Assembly (NCBI RefSeq): GCF_006345805.1
Contig: NC_043004.1
Location: 85,746,001 to 85,810,000, forward strand
Reading direction: 5' to 3'
DNA length: 64,000 nucleotides
From: Octopus sinensis
Lineage: Eukaryota
Shown here: one piece after another, positions 1 through 12,190 of the stretch
Layout: each line of letters begins with the position of its first letter
Numbering within the stretch: the stretch's first letter is position 1
Notes under the pieces: model-generated
The model's input: the letters and a program-made list of their open reading frames with translations, nothing else
What the model was told of the DNA's origin: nothing
Database searches by the model: none
Position numbers and translations under genes: made by a program

Positions 1-20
1 TACCAATTTTATATATATAT

Positions 21-78
<58 letters not shown>

Positions 79-79
79 C

Positions 80-151
<72 letters not shown>

Positions 152-160
152 TATATATAC
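1..160. repeat. (TA)n microsatellite
   Basis: Near-pure TA dinucleotide run. Confidence 0.95.
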
Positions 161-189
161 CTGTACAGGACACCGGTTCATCACAGGAT

Positions 190-331
190 TACTCATTTTT
201 GGGAGACTGAGTGGCCTGCAGCAACGTGGAACGACGTGTTTTGCTCTAGAACACAAAACGTTGCACGGTCCATGAATCGAAACCACAATCTCACAACCAT
301 GAACCCAACGCCCTAACCACTAAGCTACGCC
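190..331 (-). mobile_element. Degenerate 5' part of tRNA-headed SINE family C
   Basis: actcatttttg...gagtgg...gcaacgtg...gaatcgaa...ccctaaccactaagctacgc aligns with 6800-6940 and the reverse complement of 46258-46400. Confidence 0.7.
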
Positions 332-429
332 TGATGAAAAATTGAGTGGTTAGAATCATGATGCTCATGATCATAATCCCATGCATACAATTCCTGCCTC
401 GAGTGGTGGATTGTATCTCTGAGGGTGTC

Positions 430-830
430 CCTTGACTTTATATTGAACGTGGGCGCCAGTGTTTGCGCGCAACATGTCTAAATAATGCTAAGTTTCTGAC
501 CATGTGCATTGGATCCGCCCATAATACATGATAAATTTGTCTTCGCGTGTTTTCCTTAAGATCAATGAGGTCATAAACTTTGTTTATGATACTGTCACCA
601 ATATAGCTCTATAAGATGTTTAGAAGGGTTGTGTCTGGTGACTTTGGTAGCCAGGGAACTGAACCGACTTCTCCGATCCAACGGTTTGAGAAACTCTCCA
701 GAATCCAATCTCCAACGGGACGGCGCACCATCTTATTGGGAAATAACATTTGGTTGCAATGAAGTTGATTGATGAATCTTAACTTTAACGGATACAATTA
801 ATTGGGAGAAGTTATAAAAATAATTTATGA
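430..830 (-). pseudogene. Decayed Tc1/mariner-superfamily transposase, C-terminal fragment
   Basis: Minus strand reads F(Q)*DGAP (frameshifted), then RWIGEVGSVPWLPKSPDT (cf. WPPRSPDL) and later ANTGAHV. Confidence 0.7.
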
Positions 831-1041
831 ACACGTTATATATATCCAACTAAAATCAATGCGATTCGGATGTAGATTGGTATTCACTACAGTTGAGTAG
901 ATTCAACATTGCCTTAGCTTTTCAGAATTTCCATGTTTCTCTGCAATTCTATTTGTATTTCCACCACTTTTCGCTCTTTTCTCTTCTTCTTAAATTTCTC
1001 TACAAGAGCAATATTCATTTCTCTATCCAGTAGCCACAACC

Positions 1042-1245
1042 TGCTGTTCACCTGGATCTAAGAGAGGGCGGAATCTGATCTATGGCCAGAAGTTATACTT
1101 GTTCGGCGAGTGACACCTACCTTTCTTTCTTTTTTCTACTCGAAGTATAAACGAGGTCAAAAGACACTCAGATCGATATTGTCTTTCCTTATTCTGAGGT
1201 CGATAAATAAAGTACTAGTCCCTTAATGGGGTCGATTCCCATTTC
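1042..1245 (+). mobile_element. Highly degenerate SINE family B
   Basis: gtcgataaataaagtactag...ggggtcgat core similar to the copy at 1324. Confidence 0.45.
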
Positions 1246-1323
1246 TCACTATCTCTTTCTCACTGTCTATCGCTCTCATTGACGTCGGTCTGTTACAAAC
1301 TTGAAACAATATCTTCAGAACGG

Positions 1324-1500
1324 TAAGGCGGCAACCTGGCAGAAACGTTAGTACGACGAGCGAAATGTTTAGCGGCATTTCGTCTGTTTTTACGTTCAGA
1401 GTTCAAATTCCGCCGAGGTGGACTTTGCTTTTCATCCTTTCGGGGTCGATAAATAAAGTACCAGCCTTCTCCCCCAAAATGTTCAGGTCTTGTGCCAAGT
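1324..1500 (+). mobile_element. SINE family B (central domain resembling the Nin/Deu SINE domain)
   Basis: taaggcggc..ctggcagaaacgttag head, gagttcaaattcc B-box-like motif, tttcatcctttcggggtcgataa..aagtaccag core. Confidence 0.8.
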
Positions 1501-1502
1501 GT

Positions 1503-1911
1503 ACTCTTTTACTCTTTTACTTGTTTCAGTCACTTGACTGCGACCATGGTAGAGCACCGCCTTTAGTTCAGGAAATCAACACCAGGACTTATACTTTCTA
1601 AGCCTAGTACCTATTATATCGGACTCTTTTGCCGAACCGCTAAGTTACGGGGTACGTAGACACACCAGCATCGATTGTCACGCGATGCTGTGGGGGAACA
1701 AACACAGACACACAAACGCACGCACAAATATAAATATATACATATATACGACGGGCTTCTTTCAGTTTCCGTCTACCAAATCCACTCACAAGGCTTTGGT
1801 CGGCCCGAGGCTATAGTAGAAGACACTTGCCCAAGGTGCCACGCAGTGGAACTGAACCCGGAACTATGTGGTTGGTAAGCAAGCTACTTACCACACAGCC
1901 ACTCCTGCGTC
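1503..1911 (-). mobile_element. Full-length SINE family A (tRNA-like head, CORE-like domain, internal microsatellite, (AAGAGTA)n tail)
   Basis: Reverse complement of the 9453-9870 copy; tail tcttttactcttttacttgtttcagtc, head ccacacagccactcctgcg. Confidence 0.9.
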
Positions 1912-2537
1912 TAGAAACGAACATCTTCAGAACATCGAGACATTTTTATTTTCTTCATTCATCTATTCTTCCTTTCATTTATCGCACATATACTGGATGT
2001 GAAAGGTGTTTGAGAATAGATAATTTAATCAAATAACACCGATCGAGCGAAAAACAAAAAGCCAAACACAGTCTATTAAAAATTTGTGGATGTCTTCTCG
2101 ATAAAATTCTTATAAGATTAGTTCATGAATCTGCCTTCAGTTTTGACGACTGCTTCAATGCAGCACCATAATCACTGACAGACCTAAATGTTTAATTTCT
2201 CTTCGTTACAGTTGACGCATTGTCACCAGAGGCTTCAAATTCCAACTAAACTAACTTTATGTACAATAGATTTTGAAAAATATAGAAAGTTGGCAATTTC
2301 TGCATCGCTTTGTTATGCACAAATGGCCGCAACGTCTTTTCATTTCTTGTGTTATCATATTTTTATCAGCTATGGGAGATCTGAAGCTGAAGCGTTTTCA
2401 TTAGCTTCAAGAGACTACTACACTGGTAATTAAGTGTCCTTAAAACCTCCTCTTACATACAATGCTTAATATGAATGGAGTCTGATACATCAAACGTTTT
2501 TCAAAATATAATACTACTTTTGACATTTAAATTCGCC

Positions 2538-3305
2538 TAAGGCGGCGTAGTGGCAGGAAAGGCGGCGAGCTGGCAGGAAAGGCGGTGATCTGGCAGAAAC
2601 CATAGCACGCCTGGCGGGATGCTTAGCGGTATTTCGTCTGCCGCTACGTTCTGAGTTCAAATTTCGCCGAGGTCGACTTTGCCTTTCATCCGTTCGCGTT
2701 CGATTAATTAAGTACCAGTTACGCAGTGGGGTCGATATAATCGACTTAATCCGTTTGTCTCACCTTGTTTGTCCTCTCTGTGTTTAGCCCCTTGTGGGTA
2801 GTAAAGAAATAGGTATTTCGTCTGCTGTTACGTTCTGAGTTCAAATTCGCCCCTTCTATGTTTTGCCCCTTGTGGGCATTAAAGAAATAAGAAACGTTAG
2901 CATGCTGGGCGAAATGCTTAGCCGGATTTCATCTATCTTTACGTTCTGAGTTCAAATTCCGCTGAGGTTGACTTTGCATTTCATCCGTTAGGGATCGATA
3001 AATTAAGTACCAGTTACGAACTGGGGTCGATGTAATCGACTTAATCCCTTTGTCTGTCCTTGTTTGTTCCCTCTATGTTTAGCCTCTTGTGGGTAATAAA
3101 GAAATAAGAGACGTTAGCACGCTGGGCGAAATGCTTAGCGGTATTTCGTCCATCTTAACGCTCTGAGTTCAAATTTCGCTGAGGTCGACTTTGTCTTTCA
3201 TCGTTTCGGGGTCGATAGATTAAGTACCAGTTACATACTGGGGTCGACCTAATCGACTGGCTCCTTCACACAAATTTCGGGCTTTCTGCCTAGAGTAGGA
3301 AAGAA
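2538..3305 (+). mobile_element. Head-to-tail multimer of SINE family B with a triplicated 20-bp 5' end
   Basis: aaggcggcgagctggcagga-like unit x3, then three ~220-bp units each ending ccttgtggg..aataaagaaata. Confidence 0.85.
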
Positions 3306-3321
3306 TATGTAAATTCTCGTA

Positions 3322-3540
3322 AAGGTGGCAAACTGACAGAAACCTTAGCACACTAGGGAAAATGCGTAACAGCATTTCGTCTGATTTACGTTCAAATTAC
3401 CGCCGAGGTCGACTTTAACTTTTATCATTTCGTGGTCGATAAAATAAGTACCAGTTGATAACCAGGATCGATGTAACCGACGTACCTTATCCCCTGACAT
3501 TGCTGGCCTTGTGACAAAATCTGAATCAGTATTTAATTTC
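3322..3540 (+). mobile_element. SINE family B
   Basis: aaggtggcaaactgacagaaaccttagcac...gtcgactttaactttatcatttcgtggtcgataaaataagtaccag. Confidence 0.75.
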
Positions 3541-3862
3541 ACCCGTTCTAATGGGACCCACTAACTCAGCGCTGATCCCCGCTACTCTTCCTTCTTTCAC
3601 TGTTCCTATATTCCATTGCTACTCTCATTCTGCTATCACCTCTTCTCACTACTTCCCGCTTCTAAATTTCATCATGTTGGTTTGATAATTCGAAAGTGAA
3701 ACTAGACTTTGTAATCCAGCTTTGCAATTTATTTTTTATTTGAATTTATGTCTATACAAATACAAACATACAGATAGAAGCATATACGTATAAATATATG
3801 CGTGTGTGTATGTAAGTATCGGTATATGAATGTTTGCGTGTTTATAGTTGTATACATATATA

Positions 3863-4379
3863 CAATAATGTCTTACCATATCGCAGTTCAGCTATCACGC
3901 CCTCAGTATATCGCGGATTTTTCTGAATAATATATATAATATATTTATCGGGACTCCTCAGAATATCACGGTCTTCTGCGGCGGATAGGTATTTATATAT
4001 TTTTAGAATTTAATAACCTGTGGTAAAATAAGCATATTCACGCCTGAAAATCAATAAATAAAAATAAAGTGCAGCACTGCCCTCTATAACACATTAAATA
4101 AAAGAAAATACGTAGTGTACCGTAGATGAGTAAACAAAGAATCGCACATACCGTAGGAAAACGAAACTCGGGAGGCAGAAAAAGAGAAGATACGGGTGCA
4201 ACTAAGAAAATGGGAAGACTTTATAAAAGCTGAAGTATATACAAATAATAAAGTAAGTTTATACAAATTATGAAAATAATTCCAAAAATATACAGTACAG
4301 TATTGCTTCTACTTCGCGGATTTTCAGCTATCGCGGTGGGATTTGGATCGTAACACCCGCGATAGTCGAGGGATTACAA
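3863..4379. mobile_element. pogo/Tigger-like non-autonomous DNA transposon (MITE)
   Basis: TA|caataatgtcttaccatatcgcag ... ccgcgatagtcgagggattacaa|TA degenerate TIRs (cf. CAGTAATCCCTCG..ATCGCGG), subterminal tatcgcgg repeats. Confidence 0.6.
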
Positions 4380-4424
4380 TACTCATGTAAAATTAAATAT
4401 CTTCGTTATATTCTTTTATTTTTT

Positions 4425-4690
4425 TTTACTTTTCAATTGTTTCAGTCACTTAACTCCGGCCATGCTGGAGCATAGCCTTTATTCGAACAAATCGACCGCA
4501 GGATTTCTTGTTTTGTAAGCCTACTACTTATCCTATCGTTCCCTTTTGCCAAAACACTGTGTAACGGGGACGTAAACGCACGAACAGCGGTTATCGAGTG
4601 ATGGTTGTGGGACAAAAACAGACACAAAAATACACACACACACACACACACATACACACACATACACACACGCACATACATGTGCGTGAG
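4425..4690 (-). mobile_element. SINE family A, 3' half
   Basis: gtttcagtc...ggccatgctggagc...gcctactacttat...acgtaaacgcacgaac followed by (CA)n. Confidence 0.8.
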
Positions 4691-4812
4691 TGTGTGTAAG
4701 AACACAGAGGCGAGATGTGATAGATTGGGGCATAAACGTATGTATATACGTGTGCAATATATATATATATATATATATATTTAAAAAAGGAGATGTGGAA
4801 CACGAGTTGTGA

Positions 4813-5146
4813 TATATAAAAAAGGAAATGAAGAAAATGCTGGCAAAATAATTTAAGTAATTTAAGTAATTTAATTAGGTGAAGTTCTTTTTACCTGTTG
4901 CGCATTTGTTATGCTTATCAAAAGATATTTTTTTAAGAGAGATTAGAGTTTCTTTCTGATAGATTTTTTCCTCTTATCTCAGATAAGTGGAAAAAATCTA
5001 TCAGAAAGGAACTCTAATCTCTCTTAAAAAAATATCTTTTGATAAGCATAACAAATGCGCAACCGGTAAAAAGAACTTTCACCTAATTAAATTACTTAAA
5101 TTACTTAAATTATTTTGTCAGCATTTTCTTCATTTCCTTTTATATA
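4813..5146. repeat. ~330-bp near-perfect palindrome (fold-back element) at a TA run
   Basis: Arms ~4818-4979 and 4981-5141 are reverse complements with about 5 differences; centre cttatct-c-agataag. Confidence 0.95.
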
Positions 5147-5164
5147 TATATATATATATATGTA

Positions 5165-7480
5165 CACTTTTACATGTTTATGCTTTCACTAGTTTCAGCC
5201 ATGTGGTTGCGGTCATGCCGGAGTGCTGGAGCACCATCGTGGTCTTTCTGATTTCCTCAGTCTGGGATGTTTCACATCACCACTCCTGTATGTGACTCTG
5301 TGCCAACTGTTGGCCCATTTGATGTATAACGGAGTTTGATTCCGCTGCCCACGTCTGCACCTCATATTGGGCTGTTGGTTCATCCAGTATTGGCGAGAGG
5401 AAGATGTCTGGTGCCTTTTTGAAGACATCATTTTCTACCTTATGCAGATTTCTTAATTTTTGTGGCAGGACATTGAAGAGCTGTGGACCTTTGAACCCTA
5501 GACTATTGCAGTACCTGCTTCTGAATTTTGATGGAATGAATAGTACATTTTTTATAATACGATGGTGTTCTTTGATACAATACAATGGAGTGGATGGAAC
5601 ATTTGCCGAAAATAGATACTAGCCCTTCTAGAGTTTTCCATATCTCTCACGCCTTCGCCCCAAGCAGTAAAGTTGCAGCTTTCACAGCCTATCCCTGTAG
5701 CTCATCCGATGCATTGTATCTATCTTTTTAGTGTAGTGGTGTTGGACTGATTCAACTGTTAGTTTGGAACTATGTGGTGGCCATAACTGGGAGCAGTAGT
5801 CCTCGCGGATGAGAATAAAGGTTCTCCTCAGTCTCTTGTCTTGAAGGTCAACAGTATCCAACCCACCATTTGTCTGCACTTTGCTGCCATCTTGGTAATA
5901 TACATATAAAATGATGTATCATTGCACACACAGATCCACAAGTTTTTCACTGCCTGTGACTCTGGGATTGTAGTGCCCTCGAGTCCTGAATATGCAGGCT
6001 GTAATGCATTCATGAGTTGATAGTGCAGTACATGAAATTTTCCACCATTCAGCCGTCTGTTGTTTATTTCGGCCCAATAGTATATCACATTCAGGTCATG
6101 CTGTAAGCTTGCGACGTCATCTTCGTTTTTTATTGTCTGTAATAATTTTGTATCATCGGCACAGCTAGTGACAATGGCTGTCCGATTGACTGTGGGCATG
6201 TCTAAGAGGGCTATTATGAACAGTCATGATCCCAGAAGAGTTTCCTGGGGGACGCCACTTAGAATTTAAGTTTCTCCAGAAAGGGCACCATCGGCTGCAA
6301 CTACCTGACTTCTGTCATTAAGGAAGTCATGCAGCCACTCATCAGTTTACGAGCAATGCCAAGGTCTCCCATCTTATGACATAAGCCATGATCCACCTTA
6401 TCAAATGCCTTTGCAAAATGAAGGTATAACACTTTGAGGTCTGTTAGTGAAGTAGCTGTTTCAAAACCCAGTCATAGTGTTGTAGAAGTTGTATGAGCAG
6501 CTTCTTCCAGGACGGAAGCCATGCTGTATATTGTTCAGTAGGACATTTTCTTCTAGGAACATTTTCAACATCTTTCAGATGATTCACTCCCCGACTTTAC
6601 TTATATGTAAAGACTTAAAAGACTCCGCCGGTTACGACGACGAGGGTCCCAGCTGATACGATCAACGGAACAGCTTGCTCGTGAAATTAACGTGCAAATG
6701 GCTGAGCATTCCACAGACACGTGTAACCTTAACGTAGTTCTCGGGGATAATCAGCGTGACACAGAGAGTGACAAGGCTGACCCTTTGAAATACAAGTACA
6801 ACTCATTTTTGCCAGCTGAGTGGACTGGAGCAACGTGAAATAAAGTGTCTTGCCCAAGGACACAACGCGTCGCCGGGAATCGAACTCACAACCTTACGAT
6901 CATGAGCCGAATGCCCTAACCACTAAGCCACGCACCCTCATTACTTATATGTAAGTCAGAGAGATTGGCTTGTAGTTTTTGACCTCTGCTCTGATTCCAC
7001 CGTTGTAGATAGGGTATATAATGCCTTCTTTCAGCTTTTTGAGACGTTTACCACTTACGAGGAAACTTTGGAAAAACATCTGAACTGGTATCCCTAAAGC
7101 CTGTTTACATGACTTTAGGAGAAAGCTGGGAAGCCAACAGGATCAGTTGCGGAGCATGAGCTCATTTCATCTATGGCCGCTGTCCCCTCAATGTTGATGT
7201 AATTGATGGCTGGCACCTCCTTTGTAGAGCAACATTATTAAAGATTTCAGCCGGATTTTTTATCTGCATGTATCCAAAGGAAGATGTGAAGACACTTTTA
7301 AATTGTTCATTTACTATTTCACTTATCTTTTCTGGGTCCACTGTCACTGAGTCATTCCCTTGGAAAAATGGTCCTATTTTATATTGTATTGTGGCTGTAT
7401 CCTTTGCAAATTTATAGAAAGATTTGGGATTTGATTATATGCTTTCCACTGCATATATTTATGTGTATTTTTTTTTTCAT
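5165..7480 (-). mobile_element. 5'-truncated, decayed CR1/L2-group LINE (RT domain plus 3' end)
   Basis: Minus-strand peptides NPKSFYKFAK, KNYKPISLT..HISKV, YLHFAKAFDKVDHG, GVPQETLLG, SCADDTKLL and a C-terminal GPQLFNVLP...SNSVIHQ. Confidence 0.9.
6611..6940 (-). mobile_element. Young full-length SINE family C nested in the LINE
   Basis: 14-bp TSD ttacttatatgtaa at 6597-6610 and 6941-6954; nearly identical to 46258-46582. Confidence 0.95.
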
Positions 7481-7619
7481 GTGCATATAATCATATATAA
7501 AAATAATCTATAAATTTGAAATGTTTCAGCATTTCTCTTTGTAATTCTGAAGTTTTCTACTTTATAAGATATCAATTTATATGGATATATGTGCATACAA
7601 ATATTGATATACAAATATA

Positions 7620-7631
7620 CACATATAGATG

Positions 7632-7668
<37 letters not shown>

Positions 7669-7874
7669 GGAGATAGAGGGAGAGAGAGAGATAAATATAT
7701 AGATAGATAGGTAGATAGATAAATAGATAGATAGATATATAGATAGATAGATAGATAGACATATAGATAGATAGATAGATAGACAGTCAGGAAGACATAC
7801 AAGCAGACAGAGAGTCAGGGAAACAGAAAAACAGAGAGACAGAGATACAGACAGAGACAGACAGACAGACAGAC

Positions 7875-7942
<68 letters not shown>

Positions 7943-7999
7943 GTATACGGAAATCTGACACCTCTGTGCCTCTCTCTCTCTCTCTCTCTTCCTCCCTCC

Positions 8000-8033
<34 letters not shown>

Positions 8034-8040
8034 TCTTGTT
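7620..8040. repeat. (GATA)n/(GA)n/(GACA)n/(CT)n compound microsatellite
   Basis: Visible directly in the sequence. Confidence 0.9.
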
Positions 8041-8437
8041 TCAACCTTTGTATATAACTGTCTGTATGTATGCCTGCACGACTTTTTATCTCGATATCAG
8101 GAAAATTTATTTCCTACATAAAGTAGAATTATTACTATTACGTAGAGAAAATATATCTGCGGTTTTTCATATGATGTGTTTCCCAGATGGAAATCTTCAA
8201 ATTTAATTTTCGGAAACCTATAAGTTTCCTGTCTTAACCGAAATCAGTTTGCGAGGAAAACCTCATGAAACACATCGTAAATCTGAACTCCCCTTAAAAC
8301 TTCATAGATCACCGACAGCCAAGAAGTGGTGATATATATACATACATAAATACATATCTATCATTTTCCCGTTTTATTTGAAGTTGTATGTATCTATGTT
8401 TATATGTACGCATGTATGAATGCATGAATGAATGAAG

Positions 8438-8520
<83 letters not shown>

Positions 8521-8640
8521 CTATCTGTGTATGATATATATATATATATATATATATATTATTATATATATATATATTTATACATATGCATATATATTTA
8601 TATAATATATAATATGTATACATGCATTTATTCATTAATT

Positions 8641-9037
8641 CGCAGGCGTGGTAGTGTGGTAAAAAGCTTGCTTCCCAACCACATGGTTCTGGGTTCAGTC
8701 CAACTGAGTGGGACCTTGGGCAGTGTCTTCTACTATACCAAATCCTTGTGAGTTGATTTGATAGACGGAGATTGGAAGAAGCTCGCCGTGTATATATAGA
8801 TGTGAGTGAGTGCGTTTTGTGTGTGTGTGATTGTCCCTCTGACATCGCTTGACGACTGATGGTGGTGTGAGTATGTCCCCGTAACTTAACGGTTCTGCGA
8901 AAGACACCGATAAAATAAGCATTAGGCTTACAAGACAATAAGTCCTGGTGTTGATTTCTTCGACCAACATCTTTTAAAGCGGTGCTCCAACAATTTTAAA
9001 GCGGTGCCACAATCAAATTACTGAAAAATATAAAAGA
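8641..9037 (+). mobile_element. SINE family A
   Basis: cgcaggcgtggtagtgtggtaa...ggttcagtccc...cttgggcagtgtcttct...gcggtgctcca. Confidence 0.85.
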
Positions 9038-9307
9038 TAAATTGAAATATATTTATATATATATATGTGTGTCTGTGTGAGTGTGTGTGTGTATACACAT
9101 TAAAATAAGGATTCAGGTAGAATCTGGTACTTGAAAATATAAGCGCTAAATAGAGTTGGATAAACCTGTGGTTCCGGCCTAAGTTTAATAAGTATGAAAT
9201 AGGATATTCCAGTTGTGTACACGAGAAAACCATCTCTGTGAGTATTTAGCGCATAGGGGCTGGTCTAAAGTACACGTTACATTCAATTGTACATTGTTGG
9301 TATAATT

Positions 9308-10095
9308 CAGGGTGTCCGAGAAGTCGTAAATCCCATTACTGTGTAATAATGAAATGAATAATAACAGACGATAGATAAATGTCAGCTCATTACAGCTGTT
9401 TCTTACGCATTTATTATAGGAGAATGAAAACATTGCAAAACAAAAACGAAACAGGCGCAGGAGTGGCTGTGTGTTAAGTAGCTTGCTAACCAACCACATG
9501 GTTCCGGGTTCAGTCCCACTGCGTGGCATCTTGGGCAAGTGTCTTCTGCTATAACCTCGGGCCGACCAATGCCTTGTGAGTGGATTTGCTAGACAGAAAC
9601 TGAAAAGAAGCCTGTCGTATATATGTATATGTATATATGTATGCGTGTGTGTGTTTGTGTGTCTGTGCTTGTCCCCCTAGCATTGCTTGACAACCGATGC
9701 TGGTGTGTTTACGTCCCCGTCACTTAGCGGTTCGGCAAAACACACCGATAGAATAAGTACTGGGCTTACAAAGAATAAGTCCAGGGGTCGATTTGCTCGA
9801 CTAAAGGTGGTGCTCCAGCATGGCCGCAGTCAAATGACTGAAACGAGTAAAAGAGTAAAAGAGAGAGAGTATGATTTTACAAACAAAAAAAAATATCTCA
9901 AGAACACGACAAGGACGTGGATGAAGTCTGTCGAGTATAACTATGTTAACCACATCTCTGCCGCATTCTTGAAAATTATGTTTCATCAGAAGATTTCAGT
10001 TTTTTTATAATTATATAATATTCTCATTCTTCAATTTAAAAGTGTGTAAGAAACAGCTTTAATGAGCTGACAATTATCCATCGTCTGTTATCATT
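9308..10095. mobile_element. Internally deleted Tc1-like remnant interrupted by a SINE A
   Basis: cagggtgtccgagaagtc TIR-like start; 9360-9410 recurs inverted at ~10043-10095. Confidence 0.4.
9453..9870 (+). mobile_element. Full-length SINE family A
   Basis: A-box-like tggctgtgtgttaag, B-box-like ggttcagtccc, CORE-like cttgggcaagtgtcttct, internal (TA)/(TG), tail gtaaaagagtaaaagag. Confidence 0.92.
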
Positions 10096-11694
10096 GATTG
10101 GAGAATAGTTGCTGCAAATATACAACCTGCACAACATAAATGGGTTTCATTAAAACCACACAAACTCATCTAAATATCACATGTCTCCTCCAACAAGAGT
10201 CCTTTCAATGCGTCGAGCTTTTGGTCTTTGGGACAATTGTTGTTCACGCGCAGCCAGATTTCTCTGTTTTCTGATGTCTTTGTGAGTCTGTGAAATTGAA
10301 GCATATCCAGTCTTTGGTGTCAACCCGGGTGACGAAGGGTCTGTTGTCATCATAAATATATCATGGGCTAATTAGCTACGCCAATGATTCCTACATCCCT
10401 ATCAAGGTTGCCCTTGGCGAAGTAATAACAATACCAACCACAACAACTGCGATGGTATCTTGAAGGCCTACATGTTGACTTTTGGCTAAAGCCATCACTG
10501 ATTTTAGTCAGATAGTGTACGGTTATTTGAATGTTCTCGATATCCTACAACTGTTTGAATATAAATCTACAGTTCCCCTTTCCAATAAAAATGTCAGGCA
10601 TCAAACAGCGACAAGAACACGGATATATATTTTCGCCGCAGCTATTAAATTATTGATTCAACCTTTCTCTAGAGCTAGTACTTTTCCGTAATGGCACCGT
10701 AAATCATTTACCGTAAATCTTTCGATTTTTATATACTTATTTTTCTTTTTGATGAATTACATTGATAACCCGAACGTTTTATGTATAACCTTGCAACTAC
10801 AGCACAAAACAGTATCGGGGAAATATCATGGATAGAGATCTCGTACATCCGATTAAATCATACTTGAAAACTGTTTACGTTGAGTGGGAAGCTTTCGTTA
10901 AAGGTGCAATATCGTGAAGAGTTTCTCAAGTTGTCATCAGAAAAAAAAATACAAGTGAGGCTCACTTCATCGCTTAAAGCTTCTTATTTTTCTTTTACAA
11001 ACCAATTTTTGCTTTATTTGGAAATATATCACGTGGAGCGTTTCAAAGTTTCCATGCTAGATATTTAGAAAGATAAATTTATCCTTATTCAGCAGATGAC
11101 TGCAACATAAATTAGTAGAAAGTTTTAATCGTGATACCTTTAAAACAAAATGTTTGTATCATAGAACCAGGTCTTGCAAGAAGCTGTTCCATATCAAAGC
11201 CTATTTTCTCATAATTTAATGTTGAGTTTCACCTGTAATGAGACATGTGTATATACTTGTATACGTACTTAGTTAATCACATACCTTCAGACGTTGCTTC
11301 CACAAGAGAATATATGAGTTGACCACAGCATCCCGTTATCAAACCGAGGCCGAATCATATCGAATAACGGTGAGAATTCCTACACCACGATACTTCAAAT
11401 GCACTCGGCTTCACATCAAGTTATGTGGAGCCGAGGCAAACTCTTATTAAAGATATTTAACTCTAACCAAATGTACTGAGTTCAATCTCGAGTATAACCA
11501 TCCGAAAGATAATCTGGAAATCGACTGAGGATAGAAAACTCCGAATGATCCGTCCTTGTTTTCTTTGTGTCGTCTGTCTGAATGTTTTGTGTTCTTGTCC
11601 CATTTTTGTATTTTTTATATATAAAATATAGCGGCGTAAGTACATTTTGGTCATATATGTTTATATATATGTGTATATATATATATATATTATA

Positions 11695-11957
11695 ATATAA
11701 TTAAGGGCTCCTAAATAAGGATGTTGAGATCAACACATGGTCTAACGCGCTGCGCATCTCGATTTAACTTAGGCGTCTCGTTGATGAAACCGGCCTTAGC
11801 AAACATATTCGGTTTGTTTCGCTAGAAAGAGGTAGAAACTGATCAGTCCAGGATGTATCGTTATTGGTAAATATTTTGATTTTCACTCCCGATAAATTTA
11901 TCCCTTTTTTTGTGCCCCTAGCACTTGGCATCCTTATTTAGGAGCCCTTAATTATAT
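11695..11957. mobile_element. 263-bp element with perfect 29-bp terminal inverted repeats in an AT run
   Basis: atataattaagggctcctaaataaggatg (11695-11723) is the reverse complement of 11929-11957. Confidence 0.85.
11774..11855 (+). ncRNA. Degenerate type I hammerhead ribozyme fold
   Basis: cgtctcg UUGAUGA [long stem II] GAAA CUGAUCAG UC|caggatg; C3 is U and stem I has one mismatch. Confidence 0.45.
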
Positions 11958-12041
11958 TTCTATATGAATAATATTTTGTCTAATGACTAATTCGTCCTTT
12001 GTGCTGGGCCACTGGTAGTAATCTATATTATGCCCCTTTTG

Positions 12042-12190
<149 letters not shown>

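Noticed and set aside
4950-5015. Hammerhead-like reading within the long palindrome
   Set aside because: The core reads CUGAUAG and the pairing is just a by-product of the palindrome
10915-10942. Hammerhead-like CUGAUGA...GAAAC on the minus strand
   Set aside because: Stem II cannot form (1-nt loop) and there is no stem I
11405-11440. 13-bp hairpin ctcggcttcacat/atgtggagccgag as a terminator or Helitron end
   Set aside because: No U tract or CTRR follows; it is isolated, with no supporting context
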